A DNA stretch of 64,000 bases. Source: Eledone cirrhosa (lineage: Eukaryota). Location: NCBI GenBank assembly GCA_964016885.1, contig OZ024745.1, forward strand, positions 87,234,001-87,298,000, read 5' to 3'. The notes under the pieces were generated by a model. The model saw only the letters and a list, made by a program, of their open reading frames with translations. It did not search any database and was not told the origin of the DNA. The translations under genes were made by a program, and so were the position numbers. Of the stretch, positions 44,361 through 59,376 are shown in pieces (the first letter of the stretch is position 1; each line of letters opens with the position of its first letter).

Positions 44361-44978
44361 GTGTGTGTATGTGTGTGTGTGTGTTTGTGTATGTATTTGT
44401 GTATGTATGTGTTTATGTATTTTTATATGTATATTTATGTGTGAGAGTGTGTGTATGTATTTATTTTTACGTATGTATGTGTACGTGCATTTGTGTGTAT
44501 TGCTTCCCACGTGTGTTTGTTCATTTATTTGTTGCCTGTATCGCAGTCAACTTATAACAGTCTTTATTTTCGTTTATTATTTTATATATATTTTTTCTTA
44601 TATTTATTTGCGTGTGTGAATATGTGGAGGTGTGTGTATATTTTTCTAATGTTGTGCATGCATATGTATACATTTATGTATGTGTATGTATGTACGTGTG
44701 TATATAGGTATGATTGTGTGTATGTATGTATGTATGTATATGTATGTGTGTATGACTATGTATGTGTATGTGTACGCATATATATATATATATATATATT
44801 TATATTTCTGTATATATGTGTGTATATATATGTGTGTGGTTGTATATATGTATGCGTACGTATGGATATGTTGATACTTATGTGTGTATGTACGTATGTG
44901 TATATGTATGTGTATGTGTGTGTATATGTATACACACATATATATGTGTATATGTGTGTGTGTATGTATGAGTGTATG

Positions 44979-45015
<37 letters not shown>

Positions 45016-45032
45016 GTGTGTATGTATATAAT

Positions 45033-45063
<31 letters not shown>

Positions 45064-45318
45064 ATGTGTGTTTTTATTTTTTAATTTAATTTTTCCTTTC
45101 CTTCTTCCTTCTCCAGCCTCACTTTCATATAGATTGCATTTTTGTTTTTAGAATCCAATATCAATAAATAGACCAGGATTTGTTCATTCTGATCATTGAA
45201 AGCAAAATGTCTTGATTTTAAGAAACCACTGGTAAATGGAATAATTGCCTTATGTTGTTTATTACATAACTATATATATATATATATATATATAAACATG
45301 TATATATATATATATAAA

Positions 45319-45377
<59 letters not shown>

Positions 45378-45399
45378 CATGTATATATATATATATAAA

Positions 45400-45439
<40 letters not shown>

Positions 45440-45463
45440 AACATGTATATATATATATATAAA

Positions 45464-45522
<59 letters not shown>

Positions 45523-45543
45523 ATGTATATATATATATATAAA

Positions 45544-45575
<32 letters not shown>

Positions 45576-45791
45576 AACATGTATATATATATATATATAT
45601 ATAAACATGTATATATATATAAACATGTATATATATATAAACATGTATATATATTTATATATATATATATAAACATGTGTATATATATATGTATATATAT
45701 ATATATAAACATGTATATATATATGTATATATATATATATATAAATATATATAAACATGTGTATATATAAACATGTATATATATATATATA

Positions 45792-45849
<58 letters not shown>

Positions 45850-46158
45850 CTTAAACCTACGTAAATTAACAAAGGGAGGAAAAGACAACGAACGAAAACA
45901 AGGTAAAACGAAAAAGAATTCTATTAAGAGGAAACCTTAATAAAGGAGCGAAAGTCACAGAGCACCAGGCCTACTGGCCGTTAAGATGGACTTTGGCAGC
46001 AGAAAATAACTGTAACAGTAATCGAATGCTATAAATAATATCTCACAAATCGAGTAAAATATTAAAATATAAAGTATGAAATAATATGGACGTCCGATAT
46101 TCTATATTCTACTATTCTATATTCTACTATTTATATATATATGAGTGTATGTAGAAAC

Positions 46159-46200
<42 letters not shown>

Positions 46201-46224
46201 TGTGTAGCAATATCCATAGATGTG

Positions 46225-46287
<63 letters not shown>

Positions 46288-46289
<2 letters not shown>

Positions 46290-49200
46290 GGAAAAATTTG
46301 AACAGGGACAAAACAGAGAGGCAGTACAACGAATGTTTATTAATTTCACGCTCTGGAGAGTGGGGTGTTGGTGGGGGACGAGGTTTCGGGCATAAGCCCT
46401 TCCTCAGGTGAGAAGTGTGTGCGAACAGAGTTCAAAGGGTGTGTAGGAGAGTGGTGGAGAGACATATAGCGAAAGGAAACGGTGCGAATGAAAAAATAAA
46501 AAAATAAAGATAACAATAAAAATAAAGCATGATCAAAATACAAGGAATGAAATAAATTTAAATATAAAAGCATGATCAAAATAAACCGAAATTAAAAGGG
46601 GGGTAAAACAGGTGGTGGAAGGGTGTGGGGTGTGTAGGGGTGGTGGCGGGTGGAGTGGGGAGAGGGAGACGGGGTGTCCGAGTGGGAGGGCTGAAGGTGG
46701 TGTGTGTGTGTAGGTGTACGTGTGTGTGTGTGTGTATGTGAAAGTAAGGGTTGGGGGAAGAACGGGGTTGCATGTTCAGCAAGAGGTGGGGGTGGGGGGT
46801 CGGAGTGTCTGTGCGTGTGTGGATAGAGGGTGGGGGGAGAGGAATCAGGAGGCTGAGGGTGTAAATATGTGGTGGAAAGCACGTGTATGTGGGGTTTAAG
46901 CGTGTTGTGGGTGTAGGTGGCGTGTGGAGAAAAAAACATTTTTTGGGGTGTGTGTGTGGGTGAGTTATATAGGTGATTACGTAAGAGGATGGTTGAAAAG
47001 TAGGTAAATTCCAAAGGTGTTTAGCGGATTCTGTGTTGGTCAATTTCTGCGTGCGGGTATTCCATGAAGCGATGGTCGGAAGAGGAGAGATGTGGGGTGC
47101 GCGCGCAACAGGAAGTGGTCAAGCAGTGGGAGAGCTGTGTGTCTGTTGTGCTGGGAGGTGGTCAGAGGGCATAGCAGCAGTCAGTGGAATGGTACAGGGG
47201 TGAGGATGGGTAGGTGTGAAAGTTGGAGTGAGGAGTGTGTGTGTGTGTGTACTAGTAGAGGTGTTAGTGGGATGGGTGATGTGGAGCGAGGGTGTGAGTG
47301 GAGCGGGGAGAGAAGGGTGTGTGTGGTTCTATGGAGGGAGTGTGGTGTACTGATGTGTGTGTAGTTTGATGAAGGGGTGTTAGTGGGTGTTAGTATACGG
47401 GAGGTGGGGAGGGGTTGAATGCAGGTGTGAGTGGGGGTTAGTGGTGGTAGGGTGTGTAGAGTTGGTGGTGTACGAGGGTGTGTGGGTACGTGTGCGTGGG
47501 GTTGGGGGTGTTAGTGATGTTAGTTGCGTGTGGGGTGGGTGGTGTAAGTGGGTGCGTGTGTTCGTGTGCTTGGGGTTAGGGGGTGTTAGTGAGGTTAGTT
47601 GCGGGGTGGTGGGATAGAGGTGTGGGGGTGAGAGGTGTGGTGGGGAGGGTTAGTGGTGGTAGTAGGGTGTGTGTTTAGTGTAAGCGCGTGTATATATGTG
47701 CCGGTGGGTGTGTGCGTGTGATAAGGAGGGGGAAGAGGAGGAGAAGGGAGGGATGTTAGTATGTTAGTTGGGGAAGGGTGGTCAGATGAGGGGTGGAGTG
47801 GAGGTGTTAGTATTGTTAGTTGTGGGGTGGGCGGTGAAAAGGAGGGGTGTGTTAGTGGTGTTAGTGGGGGATAAGTGTTGGGGGAGGGGGCGGTCGAAGG
47901 TTAAAGGAATAAGGGTGGGGAGTTCAGGCCGGGGGGAGTGTGGGTCTGTAAGATGAAGATAGTTCGTTGTTCGACCGTAAGGCGATTGGCGGGTGTTCCG
48001 TGGCACTGGAGTAGGCCACAGACTGTGAGATGGCGTGCGGAATGTCCAGGGCCACCAAAGTGGCGGGCGATGGGGGAACTACCCCCGAGACGAATATCCC
48101 GGGTGGTGCTCAGTGAACCGGTCCGCCAGGCGACGTCCCGTCTGTCCGACAGCGAAGTCCGTAGACTAGGTTGGAGGAGGTGCAGCGGAAGGCATGCCGG
48201 ACAGAGAGAGAGTGGCCGTCGGGACCCTGGAAGGTGGTGGTGTTGGTGATGTGGGGACAGGTGTTGCAGCGGGGCCTAGAACAGGGAAAGGAACCGGGGG
48301 GGGGGACAGAGCGTGGGTTGGGGGGTAGTGAGCTGTGGACGAGGAGGGTGCGGAGATTGCGTGCGCGTTTGAAGGAGGGGAGTGGTGGGGTTGTGAAGAT
48401 GTGGGAGGTGGAGGGGTCGGACTGGAGGCATCGGAAGAGGCGGCGGATGGTGCGGTGGAGGGGTAAGGTGGAGGGTGGTAGGTGATGGGGAAGGGGAGAC
48501 GGTGGGTGGGTGTGCGGTGGCGTGGGTGGAGGGTGGTGGAGCGGGGGACAGCACGGGCGCGGGTGAGAGAGGTGTGGACGAGAGAGGGGGAGGGGGAACC
48601 TCTGCGGATGAAATGGCTGACTAGGGAAAGGGCCTGGGACTCAAAGTCAGCATCTCGGCTACAGAGGCGGCGGATCCTGAGAAGTTGGGAGTAGGGAATG
48701 GAGTGTTTAGTGTGGGTGGAGTGGGAAGAGGTGAAGTCGGAGTCGGTGGGTTTGAAGAAGGCGGAGGTGACGAGGGAGTGGTGGGAGGGGTTGAAGGCGA
48801 CGGAGATGTCTAAGAAGTGGACGTGGGTGGTGGAGATAGAGGTGGTGAAGTGGAGGGAGGGGTGGAAGGAGCAGAAGAAGGAGAGAAAGCAGTCGAGTTG
48901 TTCTCGGGTGAGGGTCGTGGCTCCGATACAGTTGTCAATGTAACGACCGTACAGTTCGGGCGTGGGGCCGGTGTACTGGGCAAAGATTTGGGCCTCAACA
49001 TGGCCAACAAAAAGGTTGGCATAGTTCGGGCCCATTCTTGTACCCATGGCTACCCCCGTGACCTGTTGGTAAAACTCACCCGAGAAGGAGAAACAATTCA
49101 GGGTGAGGACCAGCTCGGCGAGGCGAAGGTGGGTGGGGGTGGAGGGAATGGGGGAGGGGCGAAGGTCGAGGTAGTGTTTGAGGGCGCGTTGGCCGTCGGC

Positions 49201-49672
49201 GTGGGGGATGACGGTATAGAGGGACTTGATATCTAGGGTGAAGAGGAAGGGCTGTGCGCCGGGTGGGTAGGTGAAGGAGTCGAAAAGGCGCAGGGCGTGC
49301 TTGGTGTCGGAGATGTGGGAGGGGAGGGTGGTGACAAGGGGGGGGGAGTCGAGAAAGGCGGAGATGAGATCGGTGGGGCAGTTGCAAGCGGAGACGATGG
49401 GGCGGCCGGGGTTGTCGGGTTTGTGGAGTTTGGGGAGGAAGTAGATGGTGGGGGCGCGGGGGGGGACGATGAGGTGGGAAGCGGGGGGGGGGGGACGATG
49501 AGGTGGGAAGCGGGGGGGGAGGAGGCGATAAGGTCTTTGATGGTGGAGGAGACTTGTTGTTGGTAGAGGGGGGGTGGGATCGGAGGGTAGAGGGCGGTAA
49601 AAGAGGGGTTTACAGAGCTGCCTGAGGGCTTCGGCCGTGTAGTGGTCCGCGCGCCACACCACTACGGCGCCT
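46288..49672 (-). mobile_element. GC-rich Neptune-like PLE, 5'-truncated
   Basis: ORF 48166-49662: YFLPKLHK, GRPIVS, LDIKSLYT, GVAMGTRMGPNYANLF, RYIDN, KPTD, SIPYSQLLRIRRLCS. Then [10 protein letters not shown] linker, EN remnant and HHR-bearing tail. Confidence 0.92.
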
Positions 49673-49869
49673 CGATTCTACTATGTATAATAATCGATAA
49701 ATGTTACAGTTATTTTCTACGTTTCAGAGTCCTACATGTTCTAATGAATTTCAAATTATCCAGCACATCAATAGTAGTTCGTCTAGAATAGAGTAATGTT
49801 TTAAAGCCGTTATCATACAACAGCAATCTCTGGGGGTTAGAAATTCTCTACTCTAGTTTAAAGTCTGTC

Positions 49870-50133
49870 TGAGGCCTGAAGGCTCGTCAGGCCGATACTT
49901 ATCCCGGTTTCATGGCGTGAAGCGACGGCGAGTTCATCACTTCTCCATGGACAGGACACCAGTCCATCACAGAGTTAAACCCCCAATCTATTGCTGGTAC
50001 TCCTTTTCAGTTGGGTATAGTAGAGCAACGGGAAATGAAGTGTTTTTTCTCAAGAACACAAGACACAACGGGGTCCAGGATTCAAAGCTATGACATTAAG
50101 TCTCCTACCGCTACCACTTGACCACGCACCTCC
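49870..50133 (-). mobile_element. tRNA-derived SINE, second family (V-SINE-like core)
   Basis: - strand head GGAGGTGCGTGGTCAAGTGGTAG, then GTGTTCTTGAG..ACACTTC and GATGGACTGGTGTCCTGTCCA. Confidence 0.6.
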
Positions 50134-50182
50134 GTTAGTATGCTAGGTAGCTGTTTCTGGATTTGTATCTATTATCAGTGAC

Positions 50183-50248
<66 letters not shown>

Positions 50249-50274
50249 GTCATATATATATATATATATAAATG

Positions 50275-50370
<96 letters not shown>

Positions 50371-50664
50371 TTATATATATATATATAAATATATATCTTT
50401 ATATATATATATGTATATATATATGTTTATATATATGTATATATGTTTAAATATATGTGTATATATATATGTATATATATATGTTTATATATATATATGT
50501 ATATATATATGTATATATATATGTGTATATATGTATATGTATGTATATATTTATGTACGTATATATACATGTACATATATATATATGTATCTATATATGT
50601 GTATATATGTATATATATGTATATATATGTACATATATATGTATATATATGTATATATATATGT

Positions 50665-50695
<31 letters not shown>

Positions 50696-50731
50696 TATAT
50701 GTATATATATGTATATGCATATATATGTATA

Positions 50732-50781
<50 letters not shown>

Positions 50782-51384
50782 TAAACGGAATAGAAAATGC
50801 TGACAAATTGTTCACAGTTGAAAAAGTGTTGTGAAAGAGTCATTTCTAAATCTTGGCGCAAAACCAATTTTTTATCCACATGACCTCTACCGACCAATCA
50901 AAATTGTTTTGACCAATAATTTTTGCTGGAGCCACTTTTCTAACATTTTAACATAAAAACAGTCTTGGCGCAAAATCAACTTTTTACATTCACATGACCT
51001 CTACCGACCAATCAAAATTGTTTTGACCACAAGCATTTTTGCAACACAAAAATAACGCTGGAGCCATTTTTTTAACATAAAAACAGGTAGAATTCCCAAA
51101 ACTAATCAGATCAGAGCAAACAGCACGGACACTCTATCTCAAAATTATTTTTGAAAAGCATTTAGAAATGCGTAACCGGTAAAACTTAAAAACTTAAAAC
51201 CACAACTGAATACTAACCCATACAATCACTAATACTCTTTTATTCCTAATTAAACCATTTTTCAACTGTGAACAATTTGTCAGCATTTTCTATTCCGTTT
51301 ACCAATATATAATAACTTGTGTGTTACACCTCTATTCTTTTAACTATATATATATTTATATATATATATATATGTATTCATGTA

Positions 51385-51464
<80 letters not shown>

Positions 51465-52279
51465 TATATGTGTATATATATGTATATATGTTTATATATG
51501 TATATATATATATATATTCTTATATACATATAAGGGATAACAACATATCGTTATAGGTAATCCAGTTAGAGGTTGTGAATACCTCTTATTATGGATAGTT
51601 TTAGCGTACTGCGTTGTTTTACTCAACAAGAGGTTTGCGTAGGTGGCGACTTTATGATTTAAAAAGAAAAGTGGGGCTCAGGTTGTCTTTTCATATATGA
51701 GTGAAATTTGGTTGGTTGATGCAGTCACGTGAATAAGCACATCAGCTTTCGCGCTAGTTTGTGTTTGAATTTCTTTTTACTTAAAAAAAGTGGCTCACGA
51801 AGGCTTTTTTTACAAATGTAATTTGATTGGTTATAAATGAAATTTAATGTCCTTGTTCACGTGAAAGTAATAAATTCATTTATAACAAAAAGCCTTCGGG
51901 AGCCACAAACACAAACTGGCGCGAAACCTGATGTGCTTATTCACGTGACTGCATCAACCAACCAAATTTCACTCATATATGAAGCCAAATATAATAAGAA
52001 CTTTGTAACGCGAACTGGCGCGAAATTTATTATACTTATTCACATAACAGTCATCAACCAACCAAATTACTTTTCTAAAAACCTAGCATTTCGAGCCACT
52101 TTTTCTCATATAAAACAGAAGAAACATTCAAACACCAACCAGATGCGAGAAAAACCACACACCCTCCATCTCAATTATACTTTTGAAAACACAAGAACTG
52201 CGAAACCGGTAAAGGAACCAAATAAATATATATTTAAAAAAACAAAGACTCCCGTTGCATTTTCGATTTCATCTTTTTT

Positions 52280-52324
<45 letters not shown>

Positions 52325-52728
52325 AATAGAGGTGTAACACACGAGTTGTGATATATTAGTAAAGGGAAAAGAATATGCTGACAAATTGTTCCCAGTGAAA
52401 AGTAGTTTAATTAGGAATAAGTAAATATTAGTAATAAGTAAATATTAGTAATAAGTATTGGTTAGTATTCAGTTTTAGTTTTAAGTTTTTACCGTTTGCG
52501 CATTTTTAATGCTTTTCAAAAATAATTTTGAGATAGAGCGCCCGTGATGTTTGCTCATCACGCGCGCTCTATTTCAAAATTATTTTTGAAAAGCATTAGA
52601 AATGCGCAACCGGTAAAAACTTAAAACTAAAACTGAATACTAACCAATACTTATTACTAATTTTTACTTATTCCTAATTAAACTATTTTTCACTGGGAAC
52701 AATTTGTCAGCATTTTCTTTTCCTTTTA

Positions 52729-52791
<63 letters not shown>

Positions 52792-52899
52792 ATATATATG
52801 TAAATACATATATACATATATGTACATATATTATAGATAATTATATATAATATATAATATATATATGTATATATATATATGTGTATATATATATATATG

Positions 52900-52932
<33 letters not shown>

Positions 52933-53357
52933 ATTGGTAAAAGGAAAAGAAATGTGCTGACAAATTGTTCCCAGTGAGAAATAGTTTAATTAGGAATAAG
53001 TAAAAATTAGTAATAAGTATTGGTTAGTATTCAGTTTTAGTTTCAAGTTTTTACCGGTTGCGCATTTCTAATGCTTTTCAAAAATAATTTTGAGATAGAG
53101 CGCCCGTGGTGTCTGCTCTAATCTGATCAGTTATGGAAATTCTACCTGTTTTATGTGAAAAAAGTGGCTCTGGCGGTATTAAAATAAGTTTCGCACCAAT
53201 TCCTGTTGCAAACATTCTTGTGGTCAAAACAATTTTGATTGGTCGGTAGAGGTCACGTGAATGTTAAAAATTGATTTTGCGCCAAATGTAGGTTTGTCGA
53301 AGAGTGTACTTTTTCGCCTGATTGAGAAGTCACTGAAAGATAAGTCTTTTAAGACAA

Positions 53358-53391
<34 letters not shown>

Positions 53392-53487
53392 TAAAGAGGT
53401 TCATTGTTGTGATAATGGTCAGTAGGGATGTGTGTGTGAATTGCAGTCATGTTGAAAGGTCAACAGTTCAGGTGCCTATTAAGACAA

Positions 53488-53579
<92 letters not shown>

Positions 53580-54652
53580 CAGAGTAATTCGTGGTAGAGG
53601 GATCGGTCAGTAGGAATGTGTCTGTACGTGTGTGGGGGATATTTTAACATGTTGAAAGATATTTTTCAGCGCTTGTCTTATACGGCGAAGTGTGTGTGTG
53701 TGTGTGTATATGTCTCTTTGTATGTTAGTGTACGCGTGTGTATGTGTGTGTGTATGTGTGTGTGTATATGTGTGTGGGTGCACCAGTATTTTTGCGATAC
53801 TGGTAAAAATGGTGTACATTATTCAATATTTTCAGCAAAAACGATTCTCTTTAAGAGAACATCAAAAACATTAATAATATATATATATATATATTAATAT
53901 ATGTATATATATATTTATAGGTATATATATATATATATATATACACACACTCACACACTCCCCCCCCCCCAACACACACTCATACATATATATATATTTA
54001 TATATAAAAAACATGAGAAGAAAGAAGAATACTGCGTGGTTACATATGATAAAAATAGTCCTTCGTCAGTGATTTGCCAACCATCATTGATATTTCATCG
54101 CATTAGAAATCATATACCTCAGGTTGGTGCGAGCAATAACTAAAAAAAGCTATTGGGACACAAGTAAATTGCCTAAAGCGAATATATATATATATAGTAG
54201 GAGAAATGCGCATAAAACACAATGAGTGACATCGGGAAATGAGATTCAGTTCTAATTCAATTATATAAGATCGTTGACCGTAAGTTTATGTAGTTTATGT
54301 ACTAAAAGTTGAGCTTCATTATTTCCAATGTATCACATGTCATAAATAACCAGAGTAAGGTTTAAACGCAGTGATTAGGAAAATATTAATGTCACGCTAA
54401 CATCATTATATGGTTAAGCAGACTATGGAAGGAGTTTCAAATACTTTCTGTTCTGCAATATTAAGGTTCGTCAGTGAAAGTATAGTCTTACTCGTTGCTT
54501 GTTTGGTCAAATTATATTGTTAGCTAACACCTACTAATTTACTTACTGTATTTAACAATACTGTAGTTATTTACGAGGGGAAACTGTTGGAAATATTAAA
54601 ACTGACTACTGTATTATTTAAATATTTGGTCAACGTCCATTTATAATTATAC

Positions 54653-54750
<98 letters not shown>

Positions 54751-54887
54751 GTGTGTGTGTGTGTGTGTAAACAGTTAGAAAGACACACATATATATATAT
54801 GTAAAAGGTAAACAGAAATAACAACACAATCGGTACAGTATATAGAAGGGATATATTAGGTTAACGGTTGATGTAGCAGAAATAGGG

Positions 54888-54923
54888 TCTTAACGTTTCG
54901 GACGCTAGTCCTTCATCAGAAGA
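54888..54923 (-). ncRNA. Minimal hammerhead ribozyme
   Basis: tctt-CTGATGA-a-ggac-tagc-gtcc-GAAAC-GTT-aaga; a decayed relative lies near 39629-39667 (+). Confidence 0.7.
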
Positions 54924-55087
54924 AAGAATGAGAAATAAGATAGATCGAGGGTGTGTGTTGCGTGTGTTTGTGTGTGTGTGTGTGTGTGTATGTGTGTGTA
55001 TGTGTGTGTATGTTTGTATGTGTAAACAAATTTGTCGTTATTTTTCGCGAACCCATTGTTTTAATACATGGATGTGTGCGTCCGTGC

Positions 55088-55158
<71 letters not shown>

Positions 55159-55246
55159 TGCATGTATGTATGTATGAATGTATATGAGTGTATATACACA
55201 CATCAATACATGTATACATTAGCCTTTACTTTCTCGTTATTTAAAG

Positions 55247-55349
55247 ATCAATTGGATCAAATTCGACAAACATCGATGTCTGCAATTATCTGCTCCAACA
55301 GCAATATTTCACAAATACAACCTAATTCCTTTCTCGTTACGCAAGGCAA
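55247..55349 (+). CDS. Heme peroxidase, next coding exon
   Basis: Flanked by ttaaAG and GTAAGT. Phase-1 join gives NQLDQIRQTSMSAIICSNSNISQIQPNSFLVTQG, matching the peroxidase QL.EI+..SL+.IIC.N motif. Ends in phase 2. Confidence 0.9.
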
Positions 55350-56371
55350 GTAAGTACATATTTTCTTTCTGAAATGTGTGAATAACGGACAAGTATACAC
55401 ATAATTATATACCTGCCGATATATTAACAGTGGCAGTGATATATAGTTTAGTTCATAATTGTTTCTACTTTAGGCACAAGGCCAGCAATACACCAGTGCA
55501 TTACTGGTACTTTATTTTATCGACCCCATAAGGATGAAAGACAAAGTCAACCTCGGCGGGATTTGAACTCAGATCGTGAAGGGACGTAACTATGCTGGAA
55601 AGCATGGCGTCCGACTCTCTACCGATACTGCCACTCCACCGCCATAGTTTAGTTCATAATGGTTTCTGGTTTAGGCGCAAGGCCAACAATTTGGGAGGAG
55701 GAGAAAGTCGATTAAATCGACCCTAGTGCGTTACTGGTGCTTTATTTTATCAATTTCCGTAAGGAAGAAAGGCAAAGTTAACCTCGGCGGTATTTTAAAC
55801 CCAGAACGTAAAGGGTCGTAACTCTATGCCGCAAAAAATACTGTCCGATGGTATACAGATGCTACCAATCCACCGCTCTAATTACTTTATTAATAATAAT
55901 ATCATAACTCTATACTGCAAGTAACTCAAACCATCATGTTCGACGCTCTACCGATACTGCCAAATTATTGCCCTTAGCTTAGTTCATAAGACTCTAAATG
56001 AAGACATGTAAGTTATTTTTATGTATAATAAACATACAAGAGTCCCGCTACGAATATTTTCAGCTACGATCATCTCACAATTCTCTCGGTAGCTGTATGA
56101 GAGTTTGAGATACGTGTTTCGGGTTTTCATCAGGTACTCGATACCGAGTTTATATACTTTCTTGCACATAGATCATCAGCTGGTGATGCTCATTTGCATA
56201 TAGTACGGTATTGACTGTTTAGCTTTAATTAACAGTAACACTAATAAGATAAATGTGACATGATCACAGCTTAAAATATTGATAGCGCGACTATTGTATG
56301 CTTATTATACATAAACATCATATATGTTTTATATACACCTTTATTATGAACCATACATACACACACACAGA

Positions 56372-56411
<40 letters not shown>

Positions 56412-56609
56412 GTGTGTATATATATATATATATAACGAAGGACGTGTGGTAAGGAACCAGAGTACTCAATACTTAGGGTAGTAGAGTGGGTAATAGGAAA
56501 ATGTTAAAGACCCCGACGGCAGAGCTGAAGCCGTTTCTACGGCTATTTCTGAGTCCAGAAATAGCCCTCGATACGGCTTGAGCTCTGCCGTCGGAGTCTT
56601 GAACATTTT

Positions 56610-56684
<75 letters not shown>

Positions 56685-57805
56685 AGTATATGTTGGTTGT
56701 TTACCGACACCTCAGTATGCAGCTTGGAGCACTCGACAAAGTTGGTTTGTTTACTCCGGAGTAATGTAAAATAAGTAAGTCAAATATGTAAAATTTGGCT
56801 TCGTGTATTATAAATTATAAATTTACTGCTATGCGACCTCTTCAGGCAGTCCGAATTGATGTGGGAAAGACAGGTACACATGTTGTTGGAGTGTGTTTCA
56901 CTCCGTCAATACATCGATATGTTCAGCTCCTGAGTGTGTTGTTATTCCTTCGAGGAACTGGAATCATATGGGCTAGAACAAACGAATTTCAGCGTCATAG
57001 GACACGCTCGTATCCCATTGGTCAGTTGTGAGACGATTCCTCAGTCAAAAGTCTATAGAAATTCTTCTGAGGCAAGTCAGCATGTTATAGTTGTTTTTGT
57101 TAGAATGTTTAAGTACAGCTGACCTCCTTTACTGTGTGGTAGTGGTGTTAAGGTGTCAGCTGGCAAGTCAGCCTTAGTGTGCTGCTGCTATGGTCTGAAG
57201 AATTTATGTGTGTAGACTGGCATCTATTCTGCCACCATTTTACGTGGTGCAGGATGCCAAACAAATCGAAAATGTGTGTGTGTTACAACCAATATCAAAC
57301 ATTTTAGAAAAATATAAACTGAAATAAAAAAAACTGTGTCAGATTTGAGAAGTGTAAAGAATTACAATTCTTATTTTAGCATAAAGTACGTACGTGTGAT
57401 TGTCTGTCAGCTCGCACCGTTGCGCGTGCACACGTATAAACACAGACTCGGTGCATTCACCTATTTATGTCCACACAGTCCAACAAAAGATGGGTGCGTT
57501 ATAAAACCAAATGAGGTAAAAGTGGAGTGTAAAATACCAAAAAATCTGTGTCAAAATCCAGAAGTGTAAAGGACTACAATTCTTATTTCAGCATAAAGTA
57601 CATATGCGTGTATGTCAACGCACACCGTTGCAAGCACACACGCACAAACACAGGCGTAGGTGCATTCCTATATTACGTCTACATAGTCACACACACGCAT
57701 ACATGCACGCATACCCATAGCTCCATATACGCCCACATGTGGATACACCCACACGGACACAGGGTCAAAGTCCCCTCTGGAGGTGGGGAGAGGGGTAATT
57801 GGTAG

Positions 57806-57854
<49 letters not shown>

Positions 57855-58702
57855 AAAAAATAGAGGTGTGACACACGAGTTCTGATATATTAGTAAAAAG
57901 GAAAGGAAAATGCTGACAAATTTTTCCCAGTGAAAAAGTATAAATTAGTAATAAGTATTAGTTATTATTCAGTTTTAGTTTTAAGTTCTGATGACGCGCG
58001 GGCGAGGCCATTTTCCATCATTCCATGCTTTTCGTATGCAAGGCGGTGCGGCTCGCTCTGGGCACTCTAATTTTTTCACAGTGCCTCGGACACTCGGTAA
58101 AGAGCACCCTCGGAGGAACCGTGCGTATCGGCGGCGAAGAGGAACGACGAAAACAGCCGCAGAAAAGCGACGCCTACGAAGCAGCCACGCCGTCGTCCCT
58201 AGCGACCCCTTCTAAAAATAAAAAAAAAGAACGCAGGGGAAACAAAACCGCGAGGTGAACGCGCGACCGCGGCGAGGTGTCGGCACGACGACGTAAGAAC
58301 CTCTGAAGGACCAGGCGAGACAAACCCAAGCCCTGACCGGAGCGCGGCGACGAATACGAGAGGCGACGCCGCGGTAAAACAAGCGCTGCCTCGTCGTCCC
58401 CGCTCGCGCAGAGGAAAAAAAGCGAGAGGAAAGCAAGAAGCGAGGCAAGAAGATAAAAACGCGCCGCCTGCACCGTGACGCCGAGCGGCGATGCGCGCAG
58501 AGCTCCGCGGCCCGACCGCGCACGCTCCGGGGAACGGACGACCGAAGTCGACGCGCGGCGCGCGAACGACAACGGCGCCGTCGTCCCGAACTAAAATTAA
58601 AACTGAATACTAACTAATACTTATTACTAATTTATACTTATTCCTAATTAAACTATTTTCCACTGGGAAAAAATTGTCAGCATTTTCTTTTCCTTTTTGC
58701 TA

Positions 58703-58734
<32 letters not shown>

Positions 58735-58972
58735 GTGTGTGTGCAAGGGTGTCTGTTTGGGTTTTTATTCTTTAATCCTGAGAGCGTTTTTCTAAGTAAG
58801 AAGTAAACTGAAACTTGATCTTTCGATATCAACAACAGATAGTCACGTGACGAATTTTAGAAAAAAACATCTCTGTTCTCTTGAAACATTCTATTTCAAT
58901 ACTATAGACTATTTAATTATAGCGAATCTCCGGAATATTTTGTTAGCGATATTAGTTGATATTTTTGAGCTA

Positions 58973-59156
58973 CAGTATTTCCCGGCGCCGAAGACGTTTC
59001 GTCCTCGAGGACGCACCGTAATTTTCACAACCAATAATGTGAGAAAAAAAAACAATAAATAAATAAACAACCCTCAGCCTCCAGTCCAGGACGCATGGTA
59101 GATTTTTGAGACTTATGTTAGGAAAAAAGTCACGTCCTCGACGCCGGGAAATACGG
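58973..59156. mobile_element. Tc2/pogo-type MITE
   Basis: Terminal inverted repeats CAGTATTTCCCGGCGCCGAAGACGT / ACGTCCTCGACGCCGGGAAATACGG flanked by TA. Confidence 0.75.
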
Positions 59157-59376
59157 TATTTATTTGACATCAAGAGTATATTTAACATTTTTTTACGTAA
59201 GATGTGATTGGTGTTTGGTGAAATTAAGGTCCAAACTATACTTTACGATGTTCCTTTTCTTTAAATTTATTATCTATCCAGGTGGTTTACGTCAAATAAT
59301 TTAATCGTCACATGCATGGCAATATCAACTAAGCCTTGTTATAGAGTTGTATAGAATCTGTAGAGATAGAACCACC

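Noticed and set aside
57988-57994. CTGATGA at the left edge of the GC-rich insert
   Set aside because: No matching stem II, GAAA or stem III follows; probably a junction coincidence.
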